DNA of 64,000 nucleotides from the human T2T-CHM13v2.0 reference genome, Homo sapiens: assembly GCF_009914755.1 (NCBI RefSeq), contig NC_060926.1; one strand, given 5' to 3'. The notes below the pieces were generated by a model that saw only the letters and a list, made by a program, of their open reading frames with translations, searched no databases and was not told the origin of the DNA. The translations under genes were made by a program, and so were the position numbers. The number at the start of each line of letters is the position of its first letter. Positions within the stretch are counted from its first letter, which is position 1. This document shows positions 1 through 12,772 of the stretch, piece after piece.

Positions 1-70
1 CAGCAGCCTGAGCTCCGTGCTGCTCTACCGCTCAGCCCCTGAGGACTTGCGGCTGCTCTTCTACGATGAG
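1..70 (+). CDS. STK11IP: STK11IP penultimate coding exon (5' truncated by window edge)
   Basis: Reads SSLSSVLLYRSAPEDLRLLFYDE from nt 2; donor GAG|GTGTGT at 70/71, phase 0, matching the next exon. Confidence 0.85.
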
Positions 71-776
71 GTGTGTATGTGTATCTCCAGTGAGAGGGAG
101 GGAGGGGAGATGGTGAGCACAGGTTGGGGCCATGAGGGCAGGGTGGGAAATGGGTCTAGGAACCCTGGGCATTGGTGGCAGGATGGCACTTACAGATGAG
201 AGAACTAGGGTTGGAGGAACTGGGGGACTCTAGGCTTGGATGAATATCAAGTCAGAGAGGGAGGCAGCTGTAGGCAGGGGAGACACCTGGACTGGGAGCC
301 CAGCCATTTAGCTGGGCCACGAGGCTTTCAGTGAGGTTTCCGGCAGCTTTGAGTTGGCAGGATTGGGCCGGTTGTATGCCAGCCGTTTGGCCTTTGTGAC
401 CACCACCTGAGGAGATACGGTTACTGGTCCTATTTACAGGTGAGGAAGCTGAGGCTTGGGGATGTTAACCAGTTTGCCCAGTCCAAAGTGGTGGAGCCGG
501 GAATTGAATCCACAGTTCCCTGAAATTGAGCCCGCATCTTCTGTACAACAGGGAAGATGAAAAAGACAGGTCCTCTGGAGGCTTTCAGTAAACGTCGGCT
601 GGATTCTGTTTACAAAGCTCAGAGTCAGGATCTTTTATGGGGAGTGACACGGGCCTGGGGAAGGGGAGAGGCACTGAGCCAAGGTGGAGACAGTGAGGCC
701 TTCCCAGAGACCTCCCTTGTACCCACCCTGGTGTGGTCCCCATGAGCCTCGCCTTGCTAACTGCTCGGTCTGCCAG

Positions 777-926
777 GTGTCCCGGCTGGAGAGCTTTTGG
801 GCACTCCGTGTGGTGTGTCAGGAGCAGCTGACAGCCCTGCTTGCCTGGATCCGGGAACCATGGGAGGAGCTGTTTTCCATCGGACTCCGGACAGTGATCC
901 AAGAGGCGCTGGCCCTTGACCGATGA
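777..926 (+). CDS. STK11IP: STK11IP last coding exon
   Basis: Branch-like GCTAAC at 756-761, acceptor TGCCAG|G; VSRLESFWALRVVCQEQLTALLAWIREPWEELFSIGLRTVIQEALALDR* recognised as the STK11IP C-terminus; known neighbour of SLC4A3. Confidence 0.88.
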   Translation: MSRLESFWALRVVCQEQLTALLAWIREPWEELFSIGLRTVIQEALALDR

Positions 927-1161
927 GGGTCCCACGCTGACCTTGGCCCTGACCTCAGGAGCCACGCTGTAGACATTCCCTCTCCTGGTCTCTGGGTCTG
1001 GCTTCCAGGCTCTGGCTGTGGATGTCTTCAGCCTCTGGGTGCTGGCCAGTGAGGTCCCAAATGACCCAGGGCTTAAGGGAGAGGCGAGAGAATGATCTGG
1101 CCTCAGGGGACAGGCCACCTGGTCAGGAGGAATATTTTTCCTGCACTTTTTCTCAGGTATC

Positions 1162-1167
1162 AATAAA
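1162..1167 (+). terminator. STK11IP: STK11IP polyadenylation signal
   Basis: AATAAA about 235 nt after the stop, followed by GT-rich GTCATGTGTGGT. Confidence 0.8.
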
Positions 1168-2607
1168 GTTGTTTCCAACTCATAGGTCATGTGTGGTACT
1201 TAGAGTCACTCATAAGGCCTGCAGTTCCCCTAACCTCTTCTGACAGAAGCTATCCCACCCATCACCTTTCCTGAATGGGCAGCTCCAAGCAGCCTTGTTT
1301 GTGCCATGAGACCCCATCTCCAACCCAACTGTGGTCCCAGCATGGGAGATCAAGTAGAGCTCCTGACCCACAGGCACACAGCCCCAAGCTGGCAGTGACT
1401 TGTCATGTGGCCCGGCATGGAATTGCTGCCAAACAAGTAGCCGGGCCAGATACGGTCCTGCTCTCTTGAACTTTACATGGAAAGTAGTGAGGACTTCAGG
1501 CCATCGCAGAGGGTGTCTGGGGAGAGGGTGTGTGGAGTTGAGTGGTGACCTCTGGTGCTTCCTGCCATTGCCTTCTCAGCACCGCCTCACTCAGCCTGGA
1601 GGCCTGGATGGTCAGCCCCACTCCCTCACCTCTTGTCTCCAAGTCTGGCCCCAGTGATTGGTTCAGGAATCCTCATGTGAATTCGTTTGGCTTATGAAGC
1701 CCCAGCGCAGGCATTTGACTAGAGCAACCAAGAAGGAGGCAAGTTTCCTCTCAGGGTTGCTGTGAGGATAAGCCTGGAGCTGCTGGCTGTGGGGAGGCGC
1801 TTTCCTAAAGTGGAACCATGAGAGAGAGGAAGATGGCCCGGATGGAGAGAGCAGGGCCAGACTCTGGGGATATCTTTGAAGCCCCTGGGTCTAGTTGTGC
1901 CCGAAGACAGAAACCCCTGTGACTTTAGGTAACATGATCTAAAAAAGAAGCCCTCCCCTCCCTGTTTCTATGGCTTAAGCTAATTCGAAGCAAGTATGAG
2001 CCACCAAGAGTCCCAACTAAACAAACCCCGACTCCAACTTGAGCTGGGCTGAGATCTGTTTCTTGTACCCAAGAATGAACACAATGGAGATCATTACAGC
2101 CACACAGTTGTGCAGAGAGGCTCTGGTTCTTGGTTCCGATTCTGAAGTGAGGCAGAATGATTAATCCAGCTCACTTTTTGTGTCAGGTCTATGGCCTTGA
2201 CCACTTTGTGACCCGACTGCTTGGTGGGAACAGCAGTACTGGGGCTGTGTCACTGGGGCCTTCTACCTGGAAAGGATGTGGGAAGGGTTGCCTGGCCTAA
2301 CCAGCCCACTACATCTCTAAATCCATGGGGCGAACTTTTTAAAAATGAAAAAGGGTCATTGAAAATCCTGTACTTTTACATTTATTTAAAATTATTTAAA
2401 ATGTATTTAAAAGAATGTATACAGGAAAAAAATGTATACTGTACTTAAGAATGTAGAGTGAGTTGCTCTCATATGCCTGACCCCCTAACTCTAGATTCAA
2501 GCATTCTTACCCAATTTTTGTGTATCTGCTTAAAATCTCAGTGCATGTACACAATTTTCCCCAGAAAAGGGTAATTAAGCCATTCACTTCCATTTAGAAA
2601 AAAGATT

Positions 2608-3120
<513 letters not shown>

Positions 3121-4572
3121 TTAATTGAAGCAAATTAAAACTTCCCAAAAATATTAGTCCACTTTCTTGGCAAGGTACACAGCCCCTTCTCAGTCAGTGA
3201 TTTTGGACCATCTGCAAACAGGAGCTGGTACTGGTCCTGAGGAAGGCCTTTCCCTGGCCAGAGGCTGCCCTTCACACCAGGCCTGTTTGCAGGCACTTCC
3301 CCAGAAGCCGGGTCAAATCAGGCCATGGTGCAGATGGGGCAGAATAATCTCCAGTCATTCAAGGTGATTGGTAGAGAAGTGCGAGGCAGGGAGTTGGAAG
3401 AGGAGTTCCTTCCATTTCTTTGTGCTTACCATCTCTGTGAACACCTTGTTTTCTAGAACAGTGCAGTGGAGTCTTCTGCAGTGTTTATGCAAAAGTGCTC
3501 TTTTTTTGGTGACGCAGAAGACAGAGGTCAAGTGTGAGGTCATCACCACTCCTGGAGGTGTCTGTCCCTTTAGTTCTGCACCTCACTAGGAGCAGATGAA
3601 CCAGGTGCACCTGCCCCTCTGACCCTTCCGCCCTCTGAGCAAAGGTGACTGCTTTCCCACTGGTGCTCAGCACAGGTGTCAGTAGGAGGCCCTTGACCCT
3701 GGACAACTCCCAGAGATGGATTCCTCCATTCAGTCTGGCCTTTTCCCTCCAGCAAGTGCTTATTGATTGCCTGGCCTCTGTTTGGCCTTGGGCTTGCTGG
3801 CATGAAGGACGCAGACCTCTGGCTCCTGGAAAGCAGTGGAGAGAAGGGATCCTCTCACCTGAAACTAAATCCAAGGGAGAAGCAGGAAATCAGTGGTGGG
3901 GAATGAAGATGAGGATGAGGAGGAAGGGGCACAGAGGTGGTATTGAGGGTTTTTTTTTTTTTGTACTTAGAAAAATTAACCCTCTGTATTATAAATTCAA
4001 AAATTATATTTAAAAATTTATATAAGGCCCTAGGGGGGTTAGTGACTTAACTAAGTGATAGAAAAATCAATGACTAAGACTTCAGAAGCAGGGAGCAGGC
4101 CAGCTCGACAGACCTGTCTCTTTTTCTCTGTAGGAAAGGGTCTGTCTTTGCCACGTGGAGGCGACATCCTCCACCCTTGTCAAGATGCTGCGGTAGCTTC
4201 TGAAGAGACCCTACCCAGATTGTTTGGCTGTGGTTGAAAATTCAGCTATGGTTCTGTGTGTTATGTTTTGCCCATCACTGAGCACATGCATTATTTCACA
4301 TCTATCTATTCATCTACTCAAGGGGTGGTGTGGTGTGGTGGTATAGGAAAAGAGATGGTGGATTTAGCTCTAAAACATCCAGGGTTATGCCTTAGTTTTG
4401 TGGCTCCATATTTAATCACAAAAGTGCTCACCCTTGTTCCCTCATCTACTGCATGGGGATGAGACTGATCAGTAACTTACCTAGTTCACAAAATTGTTGT
4501 GTGTAATCATGTATATGGAAGTACTATGTGGTCCATAAAACATGAAATAAGTGCTGGTTAAAAACCTGCCTA

Positions 4573-4880
4573 GGCCGGGTGCGGTGGCTCACGCCTGTAA
4601 TCCCAGCACTTTGGGAGGCTGAGGCGGGTGGATTGCCTGAGGTCAGGAGTTCAAGACCAGCCTGGCCAACATGGTGAAACCCTGTCTCTACCAAAAATAC
4701 AAAAAATTAGCTGGGCATGGTGATGGGTGCCTGTAATCCCAGCTACTTGGGAGGCTGAGGCAGGGAGAATTGCTTGAACCCGGGAGACAGAGGTTGCAGT
4801 GAGCTGAGATCGTGCCATTGCACTCCAGCATGGACAACAGAGCGAGACTCCGTCTCAAAAAACAAAGAAACAAACAAAAA
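4573..4880 (+). mobile_element. Alu (AluS)
   Basis: Full-length Alu with TSD AAAAACCTGCCTA. Confidence 0.92.
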
Positions 4881-4947
4881 CCTGCCTATTACTTATCACA
4901 AGCTGCTTTGTTGCCTGGAAATACTATTTGTAATCAAAAGAGGGAAG

Positions 4948-5244
4948 GGCCAGGCATGGTGGCTCACGCCTGTAATCCCAGCACTTTGGGAGGCTGAGGC
5001 GGGTGAATCACCTGAGGTCAGGAGTTTGAGACCAGCCTGACCAAGATGGTGAAACCCCATCTCTAAAAATACAAAAATTAGCTGGGCCTGGTGGCAGGTA
5101 CCTGAAATCCCAGCTACTCAAGAGGCTGAGGCAGGAGAATTGCTTGAACCCGGGAAGTGGGTTGCAGTGAGCTGAGATCATGCCATTGCACTCCAGCCTG
5201 GGCAACAGAGCAAGACTCCATCTCAAAAAAAAAAAAAAAAAAAA
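4948..5244 (+). mobile_element. Alu (AluS)
   Basis: Full-length Alu with poly-A tail. Confidence 0.92.
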
Positions 5245-5893
5245 GCCTGCATTTTATTGCCCATGTGTTTCTAAGGGGATATGTCTTCAGACGCTTCTGG
5301 GGAAAGGAGTGAACCATAGCATAGTTGTTGTTCTTTTGGCCCATCTTTGTCATTTGATTGTTTTGGACTCAGTGACTTCTCCATTCTCCACAAAAACATT
5401 CTTCAGTTTATTAGTTACTATAATTACTTGTGCACTTGCTTTCAATTCCACAGACATTTGTTGAGCTCTTAGAACGTGCCAGGATGTATGTGAGAAGATG
5501 GGGGCAGGGATCCAAGGATGAATCAGATGTGCTCCTGCCTCCAAGGAGCTTATGGTCCAGGGAGGAAACGGGGAAAGGTGCCCTGGTGGTGGTCGCGAAG
5601 GCTGGGTAAGGTTACAGTAGGAGAATACTGCGATAGTGACTGTTTCTGATCACCTGCTCTAATAATTTTGTTCACGTTATTTCACTCAGTACGACCACCC
5701 TGAATGAAAAGTGTGATCTCTATTTCACAGGTGAGGAAGCTGAGGCTCAGGTTAAATACAGGGAATCTCACCAAGGGGATACTAGATGTCAAACTTGGGC
5801 CATCTGTCTGGAATCTGTGCTCTTTCCTCTCAACTGTGTTGCCTCTCAGGCCTTCCAGAGTGCCCACCCTACTTCCCCCTTCAGTCCCTTTCC

Positions 5894-6182
<289 letters not shown>

Positions 6183-8057
6183 TTCAGTTCTTTTCTATGC
6201 ATCTCCTTGTGGCACCAACTTCCAGGGAAACCACATTCTTCCAGAAAAACACAAACCAGATCATCTAAATATCCAGGCAGACTGTTCTTTCCTGCCATAG
6301 GGCCTTTCCAGGCTCTTCCTTCTGCCTAGAATGTTCTTCTCTCCCCACTTCTCCAACTCACCCTTCATGGCATGGCCAGTTCTTTCGTTCCCTTCAGGTT
6401 TTTCCTCCTTGTCACCTTCTTACAGAGGATGACCCTAATCCTACTTCCTGAATGTTCACTGTAACTGTCCTTTCCCTTCATGGCCTTTGCCATGTTTTTT
6501 AATTATAAGTTGTGTTTGCTTGTTTGTTGTCTTTAAGGTACCCAAGAACAGGGACCAGGATTTTTTCACCAATATATACGCAACCTGGCATGGAGTTCTG
6601 AGTGAGTGTGTGAGCTTCAGTTTACACACTGGGTGCGTGAAATGTTACTTCATAACATTGGCAAAACAGCCTGATTTTATTTCAAGCCCCCATCCCACAG
6701 GGTTAGCAGGACTCACTGACTTCACTTTCTCCCCTCTCTGCATCTTGGGGACCCTCCTGCTTTGCTGATGGGGGAGGTCAAAGGGTCTGCTCCTCCACTC
6801 CTTCCCCATCTTCCAGCCAAGACACTGTCTCTCTTGCTAACCCTCTTCCTCTTTCTTCCTTCACAAACCTCCCTTGGTTCCCTAAAGCATTGTCTCTGGA
6901 AGAACAAAAGGCAGAAGGGCTCGTAGGCGATTTCTGCTTTCTGTCCTACCCATTCGCCCCAAATAACAAAACTCGAAGCAGGTTACCTGCTTGGGTAGGG
7001 GCAGAAGAGGAGCATGCAAGGACATAGATCTGTATCTCAAAATTCTATGTTAGCCAAATACATCAGTAAAGACGGGAGCTGGAAGGTGGATTCTGCAGGG
7101 GTGGGAGAAACTTCAGGGACATTGGTGCTGTCCTGAGATTGGATTTATTTCAAAGTTGAGTCCAAATTTACCAAGCAACCCATGAATTATGATGGGATAA
7201 ACCACCGCAGAGTAACAACGATAGTAAATAATAAGAATGTCATTTATTGAGCACCTATTTTGTGCCAAGCATTCAACTGGCATTTTACATATAGCATCTC
7301 TAACTCCAGAGTCTGAGCTCTTTCTCAATGCCATGTTATCTCTTGTGTAAAAATAAGATCTTACTCACCACCAGGCCAGTCAGCAGCAAATGGCACTGGG
7401 TGCTCTGCTGTGGGGAGTGGGGAGATACTTTTGGCAAGAGTCTAAGTGAAACTGGGGCTAGCTCAACCCATACCCTGCTCTATTCCAGAAACTCTCCAGC
7501 CTGCCAAGTTAGGTTTTCCAAGGCAAAGATTGGTCCATGACCAAAGAGTGTCACAATCTACCCTGGTGGGGATAAAAGTCATTCTGGATGTCCCCACCTT
7601 CTTAGAGTTTGCAATTGTCATATTTAATATGGCTCTTAGAATTATTGCTCTGGTAAGGACAAGCTTTTGCTTATTTTACGTGTGTACATTTCACCATTTT
7701 TCACAGTGCAAGTTATTTGAGGACTTTTTGGTATTTTTGTCTCTTAGATTTGTAGTAGTATTGAAACTAGCTAACAGTGTTGAGCACTTACTATAGGCCA
7801 GTCACCCTTTTATACAAATGAACTCATTTCATCCTCTCAACAACCCTGTTATTATTGCCATTTTACAGATAGGCAATCTGAGACCCAGAGAGGGCAAATA
7901 ACTTGATCAAAGTCACACAACTGTCAAGTGGCAGAACTGTGCTATGAACTCAGGCGGCTTGGCTCTAGAGGTCTCACATTTAACTATTCCCCTATACAGA
8001 CGCTAGTCACAAAGATGCAGTCTCCTTGAAAAGTCGATCTGGGAAGTTAGTGGTCTA

Positions 8058-8583
<526 letters not shown>

Positions 8584-10409
8584 TCAAATGGGGTTAAGAT
8601 GCTCTACCACAGAGGGTTGTTGTGAGGAACCAATGAGAATATGAATATTAAAGTGGCTTGTAAGCTGGAAAGCACTACCTGCATTTAAAATAATGAAGTT
8701 ATCATTGTTGTTATCCTTAAGAACACTGGATGGAGATGATGGCGAATGACACAGTAATCATAAGACAGGCAGGGGCTACCCAGGCCTGTTAACAGGAGGG
8801 CCATTCCCTCACATCCTCTCTGCCAGCTCCTTGATGTTGGCATCACTAATGTCTGGTGCCTGCTCATCCCATGACCTAGACTTAGAGCCCATTCCCCTGA
8901 TTCTAGCAGTCAGGATGACTAGTTGGAAATAACAGCCACTTTAAGCTGGAAGGGAATTTACTAAAAAATAATGAGGATTAGAGGGTATTCTCGGGAGGAA
9001 TAGAGAGCAAGGACTTAATGACCAGCTATAACATGAGAACTTCTCTGCCTTCCATGCCTGCAGAAGTCTGAGTCTCCTGTGCACAATGCTCACTTCTAAA
9101 TTCAGGTCTTGCACAGGTGAGTCTGACTGGTGGAACCGAGGTCAGTATCTGTGCCCTGGCTGCAATGGTTTTCTGGCTTCTATCTTGGCAAGAGAAGACT
9201 TATGAGAAATGACCAAAATGTAAAAGTGGGTTTTCAAAGATCTGGGTGGCCACAGATGACAGATATCTGCCATACTGGTCTAGTTCCCAGCACGCTGGAC
9301 CCGCAGAGTGATTTCAGGGAACAGAATCAGAGGAATCCACCCGAGGGCTTCTGGCCCATTCATGGGGAGCCCAGAGAACGGTGTGCTTTGCCTCCAAATC
9401 TGGGTGGTGTGGCGGGATGGCTCCTGCTCCTTCGGACCTAAGGGACAGGCTGTGGTGCTGCTGCATGTGCAGACAAGTGTCCTATGCTGCCAGCATGCAG
9501 GGTGGGGACATTCCTGTGAGACTGGACTGTGGGGAAGGGTGTGACAGTTGGCTACTGCTCTAAGCTGGCCTGTCGCTGGCTTCAGCCTTTGCTGTCACCT
9601 TTCCTGTCACCATTTCAGTGTCTACAGGCTGTAAGCTAGAAGCTGACACATACCCAGAGTGGCCATCCTTTGTGCATGCAAGGAGTGCTCTTTTGTCACA
9701 GAAATGAAGACCCCATCGGGAACACACTGTAGGGGACTGACAATTACAGGTGCGCCGCAGGCAGGATGTCAAAGACGAGAGCGGGCCTAATGAAAGCATG
9801 CGTTTATGTCTAATAGGATGAGTTGGTGGGTGTCAGCATCATCTTACTCCCCCCAGCCTGGAAAGAAAGAGATAAACATGGGTGTCTAAAGGCTCTTCAA
9901 GGGGAGATTTTACTCCATCATCTCAGAGGGGTGGAGGAGAGAGGAAGGTCTGTAAGGGTAGAGAACGAAGCCTCAGACTCTGGGTGGGGTGCGGGTCTCC
10001 AACTGAAAGAATGGGGGTCTGGGGCTACCAAAAGTTGAGGGCCTGTGCTCAGCATCCTCTCTGGGGTGGATGGAACCTCAGAGGGACAAGTCCTGTGACA
10101 CCCTTATGGCATCTTGGTGTGCAGGATGTACATGGCCTGGTACACCAGGGGTCCCTGGTTGGCAAGACCCTTCTCAGGCTGTCTCAGTATTAAAGTAACT
10201 GCTGTCTGACTTTACAGACTAGAGGAGCGGGGCTGGGAACACAATGTCGAGGTGGATTGAAGACCAGAGCCCCTGTGCAATGCCGACCAGGAAAGGTTCC
10301 AAGGCTCTTGAGTGTCTCTAAGGACGTGAAGGCCCTACCAAAACAAAATTCAAGGTAGGGACTTGGAACCACATTGCCTGGCTCAGAGGAATAAAGAATT
10401 GGGATAGCT

Positions 10410-11125
<716 letters not shown>

Positions 11126-12245
11126 AACAGCTGGGTCTCCCATTCTGAGTTTTGGGGCACAGCTGTGCTCTGCCTAGGCATAGCTGATTCCCACCCTAGG
11201 AATTCCCACCTTGGGACTCACCCTGTGAGACTTAGGAGGACAGTTCATCTCTTTCAGTTAAAAATTTTGTTTGTGGCTTGGAGAGTCACTTCAATACATG
11301 GATAATGATGCCCAAACCTGTCGGCAGCCTGCTTTCCAGCTGTGACCATGGCAGGTAACGAGCCTCCCTGAGTCTCCACTGTCCTCTGCCGACCAAATGG
11401 GAATCATAACAGCTCCTCTTATTATTATGCCTGAGACGAGGCAGCCAGTCTGGAGAGGGCCAACCTAGCACAGGACTGTGAGCACACACAAGACAATGTG
11501 GGCGTCCAACAGATCCTAGCTCCCTTCCCCTTGGAAGGCTATGCACACAGAAAATCTTTCCTTGGGTTGAGCTGAGATCTAGATGAGGCCAGGGGTCAGA
11601 CGCGGTGAAGTACCAAGGTCACAGGGCTGTTATGGCATCGCACTGTGTAGAAGTCCAGTTTCATTGATCTCGGGATAGGGGCCGATTGGGGTCCAGTGGC
11701 TCCTTCGAAAGACCTTTTGCCCTTGGAAAATGAGATGTGACCTCAGGGATAGGGGGAGAAGGGAGAGGAAATGTGGAAACGGAGCCACACAGTCTTAGAG
11801 TTGCATAGAACTTTGGAACACCCCTATTGCAGGCCCCTCTCGCTACAGCTGGGGAAGCTGAGGCGGGAGGAGGGGAGGTACTGTGTCAAGGTCAAACGTT
11901 GGGTGGTGCCAGGCGACAGAAGCCAGGCCTTTGAGAGGCAAGGCTGTGGTAGAAATGAAAGGGGAGGTGGTGGGTGCTTCCAGGGGTCTGTGAGCTCCGT
12001 TCCCAAGACTGGAGGGGCCTGTGTCTGCGGAGGGGGTGGCTTCCTGGGCTCTGGAGGGGAGGGGAGGCTAAAAGCAGGGTTGGGGAGCGAATCTGGGGGA
12101 TTGTGGGAATATCGGGCCGCGCCCCAGCCCCCAGCGATGCGTGGGGCGCCTGGAGAAGGGGCGCACGGGCAGGTGGGGTGCTGCGGGGCCCGCGCGTGGG
12201 GGCCGCGCCGGCCGGGGCGGGGTGAGTCACGGCCCGCCCGCTCCC

Positions 12246-12255
12246 ATTGTGCGGC

Positions 12256-12289
<34 letters not shown>

Positions 12290-12474
12290 AGGTGCGGAGC
12301 GGAGCGCGAGGAGGTGGAGCCGCGGGCTGCGGGCTCCGGCGCCTGCGTCCGCCCGGCCAGCCCGGCTCTGCGCTGCGAGAGGCCGGACGGCAGTCGCGGC
12401 TGCGCTCGGGAGAGAGCGCGGGGGACATGGGGCGCGGCGGCCCGCCTGGGCCTCGCAGGCTCCGGAGCCCCGAG
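12246..12474 (+). other. SLC4A3: SLC4A3 exon 1 (non-coding; start approximate)
   Basis: Donor GAG|GTACCG at 12474/5; next acceptor CCCTCCTCCCCCAG at 12628; TSS inferred from the Inr-like motif. Confidence 0.6.
12257..12289 (+). repeat. (CGG)11 trinucleotide repeat followed by AGG
   Basis: Counted directly: 11 uninterrupted CGG. Confidence 0.97.
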
Positions 12475-12721
12475 GTACCGCGGGGCGGGGCACGCCGGGC
12501 AGGGCGGGGGACCCGGGCTGTCCCGGGCGTGGCTGGGCCTCGGAGGGGCGCTTGGGCCGGGAGCGTGCATCCGGCTCCCGGGTGGGGGGCGCCAGCGCAA
12601 GGAACCTGACCCCGCCCTCCTCCCCCAGGGCTCCCCGCTAGGCCCCCTCAGTGGCCCCTCCTTCTCACCTGGGTCTCGGGTCCCCTAGTGAGCGAGAGCG
12701 TCCCCAGCCGCCTACCTGGCC

Positions 12722-12772
12722 ATGGCCAACGGAGTGATCCCGCCGCCCGGGGGCGCCTCCCCCCTACCCCAG
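12722..12772 (+). CDS. SLC4A3: SLC4A3 exon 2 coding part (exon starts 12629)
   Basis: GCCATGG Kozak; [17 protein letters not shown]; donor CAG|GTGATC. Confidence 0.95.

Noticed and set aside
585-1190. 201-aa minus-strand ORF
   Set aside because: Antisense shadow of the STK11IP last exon and UTR; no recognisable domain
11771-12688. Long ORFs on both strands over the promoter (305, 258 and 178 aa; poly-Arg/Ala/Pro)
   Set aside because: Expected from stop-poor CpG-island sequence and the CGG repeat; they cross the promoter and an intron and resemble no protein
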